A stretch of 64,000 bases of DNA from an uncultured delta proteobacterium (GCA_963750015.1 CAVVPU010000053.1:3104-67103), one strand, 5' to 3'; counted from the stretch's first letter, positions 1-9,394 are shown. Made by a program: numbers and translations. Notes: generated by a model from the sequence alone, not told the origin.

Positions 1-739
1 GTTTCCATGGCCACGTGCTGCTGGCCGGACAGGACTGTCACCTTATTGTTCGGCAACAATTCGGCCAGAAGTCGCATTTGGACCTTGACGTGATCGGGAC
101 TCTCCCCTCCTACGAGAAGCAAGGTAGGAAGGGCCATCTTCTTGAAGCGGTCGGCCTCGAAACAATACTCTTCGTGGGCGGTCAGCTCCCGAGGCACGGT
201 GTGGGCCGCTGCCACCCGAAGAGGCCACGCGGGCAGGGCCTTCGACATTTCGATCTCGTGCTCCGGCATCCTCACCAACTCCCGCATAAAGGTCTCCAGT
301 GCCCCTTCGCTGTCGCCCGCTGCAAGAAGGCTTTCTATCCTTCCCAGGACCTCCCGGTCGAGGACCCTTGTCGGGTCGGCTTTCAGTGGCGGTTCGTAAA
401 GGAGCAGACGATCGACCCCTCCCGTAAGGAGGACCGATTCGAGGGAGCATATGCCTCCGTACGAATGGCCGAAGAGATTAACCTTCCCCCCAATCCCGTC
501 GACCACTGCGGCCACGTCCTCGAACTCCCGCTCTATCGCATAGGGGCCCTGTCCGTCTCCGCTCTCCCCCGGCCGCGCCGGTCCATGGCATATACGGTAA
601 ACTCCTTCTCCAGGAGGGCCGAAAGGGGCGCCCAGCGAAGGGACGTGCCCCCGGTCCCGTGCACGAGAAGAAGGGGCGGACCATCACCGCTTTTGCGAAA
701 GGCGATCAATGTTCCGTCTTTTGACCTTACCTTTTCCAT
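1..739 (-). pseudogene. alpha/beta-fold hydrolase with one frame break; runs off the window edge
   Basis: The 5' part (inside ORF 533..781) reads MEKVRSKDGTLIAFRKSGDGPPLLLVHGTGG...YAMDRRGRG. A one-base shift at the C5 run 566-570 continues as ESGDGQGPYAIEREFEDVAAVVDGIGGKVNLFGHSYGG (GxSxG nucleophile elbow) down to position 1. The plus-strand ORF 15..845 is its shadow. Confidence 0.7.
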
Positions 740-1116
740 CCGACCATCTCCTTTTGACCTCGATGAATGGCATGGTACCACTGCCGATGAGGGTATGCAA
801 GGATCAATTTTAGGAGATTTCCTCGCCTTTGGGCAAAGACTTTAGTAGAAGTGTTTTCCGCTTTTTCCTTCGGGAGGGATGGCCCCTGTGTCAGGGAGGT
901 CTTCGTGTACGGGCCTGTCATTTCCTCGGGTGAGGGCAATGATAGAGGAAGCTCTGGACGGAATCGTCGAACTCCTCGACAGGAATCGTGCGAATCGCCT
1001 TTTTGCCCCTCGGTGAAACGGGGTGTTATGGCAAATTCCCGCGGGAAGATTTATGCTGTGATTATCACTGCCGTTCTGTAGTGAATTTCAACTTCTCAAA
1101 GAAAGGAGAGGAGATC

Positions 1117-1653
1117 ATGTTCAACGAACTTGCGGAAAAAAGAAGAAGTGTAAAGGTATATTCCGACCGCCCCGTGGAGCCGGAGAAAATCGATACCATC
1201 ATGGAGGCTGCCCTCCGTTCACCCACCGGAGGGGCAAGAAGACCCTGGTCATTCGTGGTGGTCACGGACAAGAACCTGTTGAAGGACCTCTCAATAGCGA
1301 AGCCCGGAGGCGCGGCCTTTGTGAAGGATGCTCCGGTAGGCGTCGTCGTCTGCGGAGACCCGTCCGTTTCCGGTCTCTGGGTCGAGGATTGCTCCATCGT
1401 CGCAGTCACCATGCAATATGCGGCCCAGGATCTCGGGCTCGGAAGCCGCTGGGCAAATATAAAGGGAAACGAGTTCAAGGAAGGCACCACGTCAACCCAG
1501 TATATCGCGAAGCTCCTGGGACTTCCCGAAAATTTGGCAGTTCTATGCATCATCTCCATCGGCTATTCAGGAGAGGAAACGGTCCCCTACAAAAAGGAAG
1601 AGCTCCGTTTCGATAAGATCAGCTATAACCGTTACGGTCAGAAGAAATCCTAA
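1117..1653 (+). CDS. nitroreductase family protein
   Basis: ATG at 1117 follows AAAGGAGAGGAG. MFNELAEKRRSVKVYSDRPVEPEKIDTIMEAALRSPTGG... has the typical NAD(P)H nitroreductase N-terminus and length. The ORF-track start at 988 has no RBS. Confidence 0.85.
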   Translation: MFNELAEKRRSVKVYSDRPVEPEKIDTIMEAALRSPTGGARRPWSFVVVTDKNLLKDLSIAKPGGAAFVKDAPVGVVVCGDPSVSGLWVEDCSIVAVTMQYAAQDLGLGSRWANIKGNEFKEGTTSTQYIAKLLGLPENLAVLCIISIGYSGEETVPYKKEELRFDKISYNRYGQKKS

Positions 1654-1681
1654 AACCGGCCTTGGCGGACTCGATGTGGTT

Positions 1682-3435
1682 CTATGGAGGTCCGACGATG
1701 GCAAGCGCCAAAGAGGTTCGGACATCCCTATAGAGGCGATGACTATCCGAATAGGGCGAAGACCCAAAAATCGCGAGAGGCCGGTTCGCGATCAGGCACC
1801 GGTCGTCCTCACAGAGGGGCGCCTGAGCCCCGTTGATGCCCAGCTCTTTCAGGCGGACGAGACGCTTTGCCTTGTATAAGACAAAGACGGGCAGATCGGA
1901 CCTGTAGAGGCGGAGAAGCTTATCTGCGTCGAGGAAGAGGTGCTTTGCGTCGGGGTACTGAGACCCCATCTCCAATTCCCCTTTATAATCAGCAATATAG
2001 ACCCTTCTTTTTGTGTAGAACGGCAGGGTTTGGTCATAAGTGGCGTAGTCGACGACCACGGCGTTGGCCGGCCCCTTTTCCACGATTAACCGGGCAAGGT
2101 CCTTTGTGGTGTCGAACCTGTCAATGACGGGTGTGCATGCCAGGAGCACCAGGGTCACCACAACAGAAAAAACCCCGAGCCCGTAGAAAAGAGTCTAAAA
2201 CTCCTCATACAGCCGGATAGGAAAAGGATGAGCATAATGAGGGCAAGACCGGCCATTATGAGAGAGGGGGCCTTCAAGGAGCTTGCGATAACCGAAGCCT
2301 CGGGCACATCCGGCAGGTGGGCCGCAAGGATTCCGCTCCCGGCCAAGAAGGCTCCGAGGGCAAGGAGAAAGAAAAAGAGCGCGTAAGCTATTCCTTCGAT
2401 TCGGAAGCGCTGCCGGCTGCCCCACTGGTCAACGAAAAACCGTGCCAGGACGATCGAGAGGGCCGGAAAGATAGGAAGGATGTAGGGCACGAGCTTCGAG
2501 CCCGAGACGCTGAAGAAGAGAAAGACCACGCCCGACCAGATGAGAAACAGACGCGCCTCTGCGCTCCTCCACAGGCGCCCGGCAGCCCTCGGAATAAAGA
2601 AGGACCAGGGGAAGAGGCCGCCGATTATCACCGGAATAAAGTAATATATTGGGCCTGATCTGTTGTGCTCGGTAGTGAGGAAACGCGTCAGGTTCTGGTC
2701 AATGAAGAAGAATTGAAAGAACTGCGGTTCCTTAAGACAGACGAGAATGAACCAGGGGACGGCGATAACCGCAAAGAGAAGGACCGGCCTCGGTGCAGCC
2801 ATCTTCTTGAGAAAGGAGATCCTTCTCTCCATGACAAGAAAAAGTCCTATCGAAACGCCGAGAAGGACGATGCCCACGGGTCCCTTGGCGAGCACCGACA
2901 GGGCGAGAAAAGCATAAAAGAGATAAAGATAACGGCGCCGATTGCCGAGATAAAACTCATAAAAAGAAAGGAGGGAAGCAGAAAGCAAAAAAGTGAGGAG
3001 CATGTCGATGGTCACCGCCCGGCTCATGCCGAAGAAGCCGAAGGAGGAAGCGAGCATAGAGGACGAGACAAAGGCTGTTTCTTCGCTGAACCTGCGTGCT
3101 GCGAAAAGGTAAACGGCAAGCACGCAGGCGAGGGAAAAAAATGCGTTCGGAAGCCTAAAGGACCACTCGTTTGCCCCCATCAGTTTATAAGAAAGGGCGC
3201 AGGCCCAGTAAAGGAGCGGCGGCTTCTCGAAGTAGCGAACGTAATCGAGATGGGGGACTATGTAGTCGCCCTGTTCTATCATCTCCCGGGGGATCTCCGC
3301 ATACCGCCCCTCGTCCGGCTCCTTGAGGGAATAGCTTCCGAGATGATGGAAAAAAAAGAGATAAGAGAAGGCGAGAATGAGCAGCACATAGACGGCCCGC
3401 TTCTTACGGCTATTCTCCAACAGCACCTCTTCCAC
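1682..3435 (-). pseudogene. ArnT/PMT-like (GT-C fold) membrane glycosyltransferase, split into ORFs 2155..3435 and 1682..2161
   Basis: The N-terminal ORF is polytopic and carries SLKEPDEGRYAEIPREMIEQGDYIVPHLDYVRYFEKPPLLYW, the first-loop motif of ArnT/PMT_2 enzymes. A soluble C-terminal domain follows in another frame. One extra base in the A6 run at 2167-2172 fuses them (..GSGFFSVVVTLVLLAC..). Confidence 0.75.
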
Positions 3436-3825
3436 CCCCGTCCCTTGAGCTATTCCTTCGTGTCCTTCTGCCGACCAATAGCCGCTTCAACCGACCACTA
3501 AAGCGTTCCGCAGAATTGATTCCCGTTTCAACCTCTTTTCGAGCCTTTAGGAATAGGTCATATATGTCCTATAAGACCTATTCTTAGAAAGAAGAAGTGC
3601 CACGCTCAAGGAATGGCCGGGCCCGCTCAATCGTGACTTTATTTTGCAGAACGGCTTAATCATAACCCATCTACGGTTAGCAGATCATGGCCGGAGCATT
3701 ACCTTCCGCCAATAAATCCGGCAGGCCTATTCTATCATATCCGGGCCATTTTGGAAGGCCAAGAAGAGGTCCGCTCAGAGAATTTAGAAATGCTGAAAAA
3801 GACATGAGACAACAAATGCGGGTAC

Positions 3826-3947
3826 GAGGTGTGGCCGGTGACACGGGTCGCCGTATCTTTAAAAGCCCGCGGCTCCGGCCCTCATAGGATGCACATACCA
3901 GCACCAATTGAAGGACCGCCGCAGGCGCGCAGTGCCCCTTCCCGAGA
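3826..3947 (-). repeat. Family-B structured repeat, short variant (copy B1, reverse orientation)
   Basis: Reverse complement aligns with the 5' and 3' parts of the long B copies (..TTCAATTGGTGCTGGTATGTGCATCCTATGAGGGCCGGAGCCGCGGGCTTTTAAAGATACGGCGACCCGTGTCACCGGCCACACCTCG). It lacks the ~150-nt internal stem-loop. Confidence 0.8.
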
Positions 3948-3970
3948 GGGTGGGGTGAGGGGGGCGGTTG

Positions 3971-4268
3971 ATAACAGAGGCGGCCCGAAGAGGCCGCCCA
4001 AACCATTCCCTCCCTTCCCCTCCCTTTTTTCAGCGCACAGGCATTTGACCCCCTTGGCAATCCCATAAGCGTATGGCACCCCTTCCTCTCGCACATATTG
4101 CGCAGCGACCGTTAACCAGCGTTAGCGGAGCTTGAGCGGTCCCGAAGGGATGATGTGTCATGCTCGAACTGCTTTTAGCTCGGACGCCACCGTGCACATC
4201 AAGCTCAAGCGGAGCTTACGATGGTCGGGAGCGGAGCCTTTGTGCGAGAGGAAGGGGTGCCATACGCG
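3971..4268 (+). repeat. Family-A structured repeat, copy A1 (forward)
   Basis: GC hairpin GGCGGCCCGAAGAGGCCGCC (3979-3998), polypyrimidine tract, CAGCGCACAGGCATT, then a perfect 27-bp stem: 4068-4094 GCGTATGGCACCCCTTCCTCTCGCACA pairs with 4241-4267 TGTGCGAGAGGAAGGGGTGCCATACGC. Three further copies are in the window. Confidence 0.85.
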
Positions 4269-4297
4269 TCGATTCCCCATACCACCCCCATTCAAAC

Positions 4298-4412
4298 GCC
4301 TTTGCTTTGCTTTGCCTTTGCCTTTGCTTTGCCTTTGCCTTTGCTTTGCCTTTGCCTTTGCTTTGCCTTTGCCTTTGCTTTGCCTTTGCTTTGCCTTTGC
4401 CTGTGCCCTGCC
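4298..4412 (+). repeat. tandem repeat, 17-nt unit GCCTTTGCCTTTGCTTT, about 6-7 units
   Basis: Direct reading of 4298-4412. Shorter or degenerate versions follow or precede every A and most B copies. Confidence 0.9.
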
Positions 4413-4497
4413 CTTTTCTTTCCCCTTTCATTTCTCCCCTTGCCGCATTATATAGTGAACGGGAAGAATGTCCCTTTTGGGGCGGCAGGAGGCCGGA

Positions 4498-5631
4498 ATG
4501 TTCGGACGACCGATAAAACTTTTCAAGCTTTTCGGTTTCACCGTGCGCGCCGATGCGAGTTGGCTCGTCATCGCATTCCTGATCGTCTGGACCCTCGCCG
4601 CCGGGCTCTTTCCCTCCTACTACAAAGGCCTGCCCAAGGCCACCTACTGGTGGATGGGGGTCGGCGGGGCGCTCGGACTATTCGGCTCAGTCGTCTTCCA
4701 CGAATTCTGGCACTCCTATGTAGCCCGGCGCCACGGCCTTCCTATCAGCGGCATCACCCTCTTCATCTTCGGGGGTGTCTCGGAGATGACCGAAGAGCCG
4801 TCGAGCCCTGGGGTGGAGTTCTTCATGGCCCTGGCAGGCCCCGTTTCAAGCTTCGTCCTGGCAGGTATCTTCTACCTGGCCGCCCTCGGAATGCGGGCGA
4901 CCACTCCTCTTCCGCTCCACGCGGTCATCGGCTATCTTGCTCACATCAATGTACTGCTTGGCTTCTTCAACCTTCTGCCCGCCTTCCCCCTTGATGGCGG
5001 CCGCGTGCTCAGGTCCATCTTGTGGCACTGGAAGGAAAATCTGCGGTGGGCAACGAAGGTCGCTTCCCGGATAGGTGCAGCCTTCGGCGGCGCCATGATA
5101 CTTCTCGGCATAGTCACCTTCGTCACCGGCAACCTGGTCGGCGGCATCTGGTGGTTCCTCATAGGCATGTTCCTGAGAAACGCTTCCATGATGTCCTATC
5201 GCCAGATCCTGATCCGCAGAGCCCTCGAAGGAGAGCACGTCGGCCGTTTTATGAAGGCCGATCTCGTGACCGTCGCGCCTTCCCTTACCCTCTCGAAACT
5301 CATGGATAACTACATTTACAAATACCCTTACAAGATGTTCCCCGTGGTGGACAAAGGGAATCTCGCCGGGGTGGTCACCATTAATCAACTCAAGGAAGTC
5401 CCCAGGGAAGAATGGAATACGCGCACAGTGAAAGATATCGCCGAGACGTGCACTGAAGGCAACACTATCGACCCGGATGCGGATGCGACCAAGGCCTTGG
5501 AGAAGATGAGCAGGACGGGGACCGGCCGCCTCATGGTCGTGGACCACGGCAGGCTGGTCGGCATCCTTGTCCTGCGCGACCTCCTGCGATTCTTGTCGAA
5601 TAAGCTCGATTTCGAAGCCGCTGAGGTATAA
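4498..5631 (+). CDS. M50 site-2-protease family metalloprotease with C-terminal CBS pair
   Basis: HEFWHSYVARRHG (HExxH), a multi-TM N-terminal half, and two CBS-like repeats at the C-terminus. Start moved to ATG 4498, with AGGAGG 5 nt upstream. Confidence 0.85.
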   Translation: MFGRPIKLFKLFGFTVRADASWLVIAFLIVWTLAAGLFPSYYKGLPKATYWWMGVGGALGLFGSVVFHEFWHSYVARRHGLPISGITLFIFGGVSEMTEEPSSPGVEFFMALAGPVSSFVLAGIFYLAALGMRATTPLPLHAVIGYLAHINVLLGFFNLLPAFPLDGGRVLRSILWHWKENLRWATKVASRIGAAFGGAMILLGIVTFVTGNLVGGIWWFLIGMFLRNASMMSYRQILIRRALEGEHVGRFMKADLVTVAPSLTLSKLMDNYIYKYPYKMFPVVDKGNLAGVVTINQLKEVPREEWNTRTVKDIAETCTEGNTIDPDADATKALEKMSRTGTGRLMVVDHGRLVGILVLRDLLRFLSNKLDFEAAEV

Positions 5632-5857
5632 ACGGATCGACAACCCTCCATTGCGATTCACACAAGGGTGAATTACTTTTTCTATATGATTCCGGTGCCT
5701 TTCTTACCTCTGGTTACGACATAGGTACGTGGAAGGACGACGTCATTTTACGCCTCCTTCTCCCAGAATAAACGCTGTGGGTGCGGTGGGCTAAACGCCC
5801 GAAGGGCCTGTAATAGGACCCATAGGTCGCCTAGGACCAATAAGGCCGCTTCAGGCC

Positions 5858-7141
5858 TCAGGCTTTTGCCCGTGTCACCAGTCCCTGTATGATGTCGTTG
5901 TAATGGAGCACGCCGATCAGCCGGTCCTGAACATCGACCACCGGTATCATCCGGAAGTGGTACTTGGCGAAGAGCTCCTCCAGGTCGTCTCTTGTCGTCT
6001 CTTCTTCGGCGACGACCACAGAGGTGACCATCAGGTCACAAAGGCGCGTCCCGTCGGGCGCGAGCACCAGGTCGCGCAGATCGATGACGCCGACGAGCAC
6101 CTTGTCTTCGACAACGAAGACATAGGCGACCGCATCATGGTCATAGCCCCCGGTTCTGATACGGTCCAGGGCCTCCCCGACAGTCGCTTCCTTCGGGAAA
6201 ATCACGCAATCGGCAGACATAAGCTCCCGGGCCGTAATCTCCTTTTCCGAAATGATGCTTCTGATGCGCTTCGCCTCCGACTCCGGAAGGAGATCGAGGA
6301 ACTTCTGGGAATCTTCGTGAGGCAGAACCGAGAAGAGGTCTGCCAGCTGGGGTATGGAGAGCTCCGAAAGAATATTCTGAGCCTTCTCTTTCCTCAGGTT
6401 GGCGATAAGCTGCCGCTTGGCCCTCGGCTCCGCGTGGGCCAGTGTCTCCGCCGCCTTCTCTGAATCGAGGGCGGCAAAGAAGGCCTCCTGTTCTTTACCG
6501 GAGAGCATTTCGAGCACGTCGGCCAGGTCTTCACCGGGCAAATCGAGGGCGCCCTCCTTCTTCACCGAAAGGGAGACGCTGTCCGTGGTCACCGCATCCT
6601 CTACGGAAAAGGGCTGGACGTATTTCCAGGAGATAAGGCGGTCCCTGATCCACCTCACGCTCCCCAGCCTCCACTTTCGCAAGAAACCGTTGAAGGAGGT
6701 GTCCACGTGGACGATGATCATTCGCCTCCTCGAATAGAGGAGATGGACGTCGTTCACCACCTCGACTCTGCGACCGTCCGTGTCGAGTATGGTCTTCCCC
6801 ATCAAATGCTGATTAAGGAGCATCCACCCGGGCTGGTCCACGAAGGGCGGGTAAGTCTCTCCATGCTCGGGGGCAAGCACGAAGATCACATCAGGCTGAA
6901 TATCTATGACCCTGTCCCACGGGATGAACTCGGTCGGCTTTCCCCATCCGTGTTCGAGGTAGATGCCGGCCGCCTCGGGATGGGGCTCGGTGAGCTGGAA
7001 GACGAGATCAGAGAGCTTACCGAGACGGTTGTCGACCTTGCCCACACAGACGGGGCGTTTGAGAAGCTCCGAGAACCAGAAGAACTGAAAATCCCGGCTC
7101 ACGGTTTCCGCAGGCTTGTAATCCGGATTAGTGACGGCCAT
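5858..7141 (-). CDS. soluble PRC-barrel / MgtE_N / CBS-pair protein (no transporter domain)
   Basis: MgtE N-domain-like helical region (LSGKEQEAFFAALDSEKAAETLAHAEP..LPHEDSQKFLDLLPESEAKRI) followed by a CBS pair, with no TM segments. Start at ATG 7141 has GGAGG 6 nt upstream. Confidence 0.7.
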   Translation of the reverse strand: MAVTNPDYKPAETVSRDFQFFWFSELLKRPVCVGKVDNRLGKLSDLVFQLTEPHPEAAGIYLEHGWGKPTEFIPWDRVIDIQPDVIFVLAPEHGETYPPFVDQPGWMLLNQHLMGKTILDTDGRRVEVVNDVHLLYSRRRMIIVHVDTSFNGFLRKWRLGSVRWIRDRLISWKYVQPFSVEDAVTTDSVSLSVKKEGALDLPGEDLADVLEMLSGKEQEAFFAALDSEKAAETLAHAEPRAKRQLIANLRKEKAQNILSELSIPQLADLFSVLPHEDSQKFLDLLPESEAKRIRSIISEKEITARELMSADCVIFPKEATVGEALDRIRTGGYDHDAVAYVFVVEDKVLVGVIDLRDLVLAPDGTRLCDLMVTSVVVAEEETTRDDLEELFAKYHFRMIPVVDVQDRLIGVLHYNDIIQGLVTRAKA

Positions 7142-7223
7142 GAAATCCTCCGGTCTATTATACATAATGAACCCCTGATTAGGAAGCACCTTGCCATTTG
7201 GTGTATACTAATGGACCTTTCAG

Positions 7224-8165
7224 GTGAACGAAATGGACATAAAGCAAAAAGCCTCCATCTTCGCCGTGGTCTGCGCCCTGGGTCTCGCCGCGAGCAAGTT
7301 CTTTGTCGGGCTCATGTCGGGTTCCATGGCGGTTGTTGCTTCGGGCCTCGACAGCCTCCTCGATGTCTTCATGTCGGCCATGAACTTCCTTGCCATCAGA
7401 ACGGCCGCCCAGCCTGCCGACGAAGAGCATAAGTACGGCCACGGAAAGGCCGAGGCGATTGCCGGCTCCGGTGAGGCCATAATCGTCGTGCTCACGGGCG
7501 GCTTTATCGTTTACAAGGCGATCGAGGAATTCGTAAGCGCAAAGAAGATCAACTACTCGGGAGCAGACCTTGCCGTCATGGGCCTTTCCCTGGTCTTCAG
7601 CTTCGTCATCTCCCATGTCCTCAAAACCGTAGGCCGGAAGACCGATTCGGCCGCCCTCAAGGCTGATGCCCTTCACTATACGAGCGACCTTTATTCCAAC
7701 TCGGCAGCCATCGTCGCCATCATCCTCACCTATCTCACGGGAAAGCCTTTCTTCGACATACTCTTCGCCGTCATCGCGGGCCTTATCATCATGTTCCCCG
7801 CCTTTAACATACTGAAGGAAGCCGTTTCCGGACTCATGGACCAGAGCATTCCGCCCTCAGTGGAAAAGGAGATTGCATCGATCATAGACGACATGCCTTT
7901 CCCTTATGCGGGCTACCACAAGCTCCGGACCCGTTTTTCGGGGAGCAAGAAATATATCGACTTCCATCTGCTCATCTGCCGGAAGCTCCAGATAGACGAA
8001 GCCCATGCTCTCGCTCATGAAATCGAGGACAGGATAACCGCCAGGTTCGCCACGGTCGACGCGGTAATCCACCTCGAGCCGTGCGAATACAAGTGCAGCC
8101 TCGACGAGGCCACGTGCATGGTGATCAGAATGCGGAGAGACAAACTATCCGCCCATAAACAGTAA
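7224..8165 (+). CDS. cation diffusion facilitator (CDF) family transporter
   Basis: Six predicted TM segments plus a cytoplasmic C-domain. Shows the CDF-like motifs SGSMAVVASGLDSLLD and HYTSDLYSN. Start could be GTG 7224 or ATG 7233. Confidence 0.85.
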   Translation: MNEMDIKQKASIFAVVCALGLAASKFFVGLMSGSMAVVASGLDSLLDVFMSAMNFLAIRTAAQPADEEHKYGHGKAEAIAGSGEAIIVVLTGGFIVYKAIEEFVSAKKINYSGADLAVMGLSLVFSFVISHVLKTVGRKTDSAALKADALHYTSDLYSNSAAIVAIILTYLTGKPFFDILFAVIAGLIIMFPAFNILKEAVSGLMDQSIPPSVEKEIASIIDDMPFPYAGYHKLRTRFSGSKKYIDFHLLICRKLQIDEAHALAHEIEDRITARFATVDAVIHLEPCEYKCSLDEATCMVIRMRRDKLSAHKQ

Positions 8166-8327
8166 TCGGCAATCGGCCGATGGCCTCGGCACTTTTCCAC
8201 ATAGCTGTTATTCGGGCCCGGAATCGGGTAATATATAGGCGTAGTGGGAAGACCGGGCGGAGAGGTCTCATCGATGTACGCCGGTGCACGCCGCCCTTAC
8301 CACGCCAATCAAGGAGCAGACAGATAC

Positions 8328-8951
8328 GTGAAGACAAAAGAGCATGTGAAGACAAAGAGCAAAACCAGACAGTATGTGGAGTCGATCGCCATCGCCCTCG
8401 TCCTCGCCCTTTTCGTGAGAAGCTTCATGGTCGAGGCTTTCACTATCCCCTCGGGCTCTATGGAGCCCACCCTCCTCGTGGGAGACTACCTCATCGCGAG
8501 CAGACTGAGCTACGTGGTGAAGGTTCCCTTCACGGACACAGTTCTGCTCCGTCTCGGTGAGCCGCGCCGGGGCGACGTGGTGATCTTCCGGTATCCGGTC
8601 GATCCGAGCAAGGATTTTGTGAAGAGGATCATCGGTAAGGAAGGCGATACGGTGCAGGTCCGGGATAAAGTCGTCTACGTCAACGGCAAACGCATAGAGG
8701 ACAGCCACGCCCACATCATGCCCGATTACCACTGGGAAGGCGATAACTTCGGCCCCGTCACGGTGCCGAAAGACTCCTACTTCGTCATGGGCGATAACAG
8801 GGACAACTCAAGCGACAGCAGGGTCTGGGGTTTCGTCAAGACCTCCGACCTCGTGGGCAAAGCGGAGATCATATACTTCTCGAAGGACAGCAGCCCCGAC
8901 AGCCTGCTCGGTTATGTAAGGTGGGAGAGACTCGGCCACCGGGTGAGGTAG
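8328..8951 (+). CDS. lepB: signal peptidase I
   Basis: Has SGSMEPTL (Ser box), KRIIG (Lys box) and GDNRDNSSDSR. Start is uncertain: GTG 8328 lies 11 nt after AAGGAG, and the ORF track begins at 8244. Confidence 0.85.
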   Translation: MKTKEHVKTKSKTRQYVESIAIALVLALFVRSFMVEAFTIPSGSMEPTLLVGDYLIASRLSYVVKVPFTDTVLLRLGEPRRGDVVIFRYPVDPSKDFVKRIIGKEGDTVQVRDKVVYVNGKRIEDSHAHIMPDYHWEGDNFGPVTVPKDSYFVMGDNRDNSSDSRVWGFVKTSDLVGKAEIIYFSKDSSPDSLLGYVRWERLGHRVR

Positions 8952-8965
8952 TGAGAGGAACAGAG

Positions 8966-9030
8966 CACAGGCAAGGCACAAGCAAAGGCAAGGCAAAGGC
9001 ACAAGCAAAGGCAAAGGCATTAGGAAGGGG
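8966..9030 (-). repeat. tandem GCAAAGG-type repeat (reverse complement of the 17-nt unit), about 4 degenerate units
   Basis: CACAGGCAAGGCACAAGCAAAGGCAAGGCAAAGGCACAAGCAAAGGCAAAGGCA, directly flanking A2. Confidence 0.8.
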
Positions 9031-9049
9031 AAAGTCATGCCCGTGGGAC

Positions 9050-9340
9050 GCGTATGGCACCCATTCCTCTCGCACAAAGGCTCCGCTCCCGACCATCGTA
9101 AGGCTCCGGTTCGCTTGATGTGCGCGGTGGCGCACGAGCAAAGAAGTCCGAGCACGCACATCATCCCTTCGGGACCGCTCTCCTTAAGCCAACGGTGGTT
9201 AACGGTCGCTCCGCAATATGTGCGGGAGGAACGGGTGCCATACGCTTATGGGATTACCAGGGAGGAATGCCTGTGCGCTGGAGGGGAAGAAAGGAAGGGA
9301 GGGGGTGTCAGGGCGGCCTCTTCGGGCCGCCGGACTTATC
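9050..9340 (-). repeat. Family-A structured repeat, copy A2 (reverse)
   Basis: Reverse complement aligns along its full length with A1. The stem arms at 9050-9076 and 9223-9249 pair at 25/27 positions. The terminal hairpin GGCGGCCTCTTCGGGCCGCC is at 9312-9331. Confidence 0.85.
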
Positions 9341-9394
9341 CAGTAGGTGCCGGTGTGCAACCCTTTCTTGAGAGCCGGAACCTGGAAAGATCGA

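Noticed and set aside
15-845. 276-aa plus-strand ORF
   Set aside because: It is the antisense shadow of the alpha/beta hydrolase. Its Arg/Gly/Pro-rich composition is typical of GC-rich non-coding frames.
3971-4268. Family A as a retron msr/msd, group II intron fragment or hammerhead ribozyme
   Set aside because: No reverse transcriptase is nearby. There is no domain V-like sequence and no CUGAUGA..GAAA core. GGAUGAUGUG is only a superficial resemblance.
4298-4412. CRISPR array
   Set aside because: The period is 17 nt with no unique spacers. This is a simple tandem repeat, and there are no cas genes apart from one orphan cas6-like ORF 17 kb away.
4132-4994. ORFs crossing family A and the tandem repeat (4132..4455, 4160..4516, 4221..4994, and analogues 8808..9164, 9037..9834, 32173..32400, 43237..43485) as small Cys/Leu-rich proteins
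   Set aside because: Similar peptides such as ..LRWSGAEPLCERKGCHT.. recur only because the DNA is repeated. Indels put different copies in different frames. The repeat unit is 17 nt, not a multiple of 3, and there are no RBSs.
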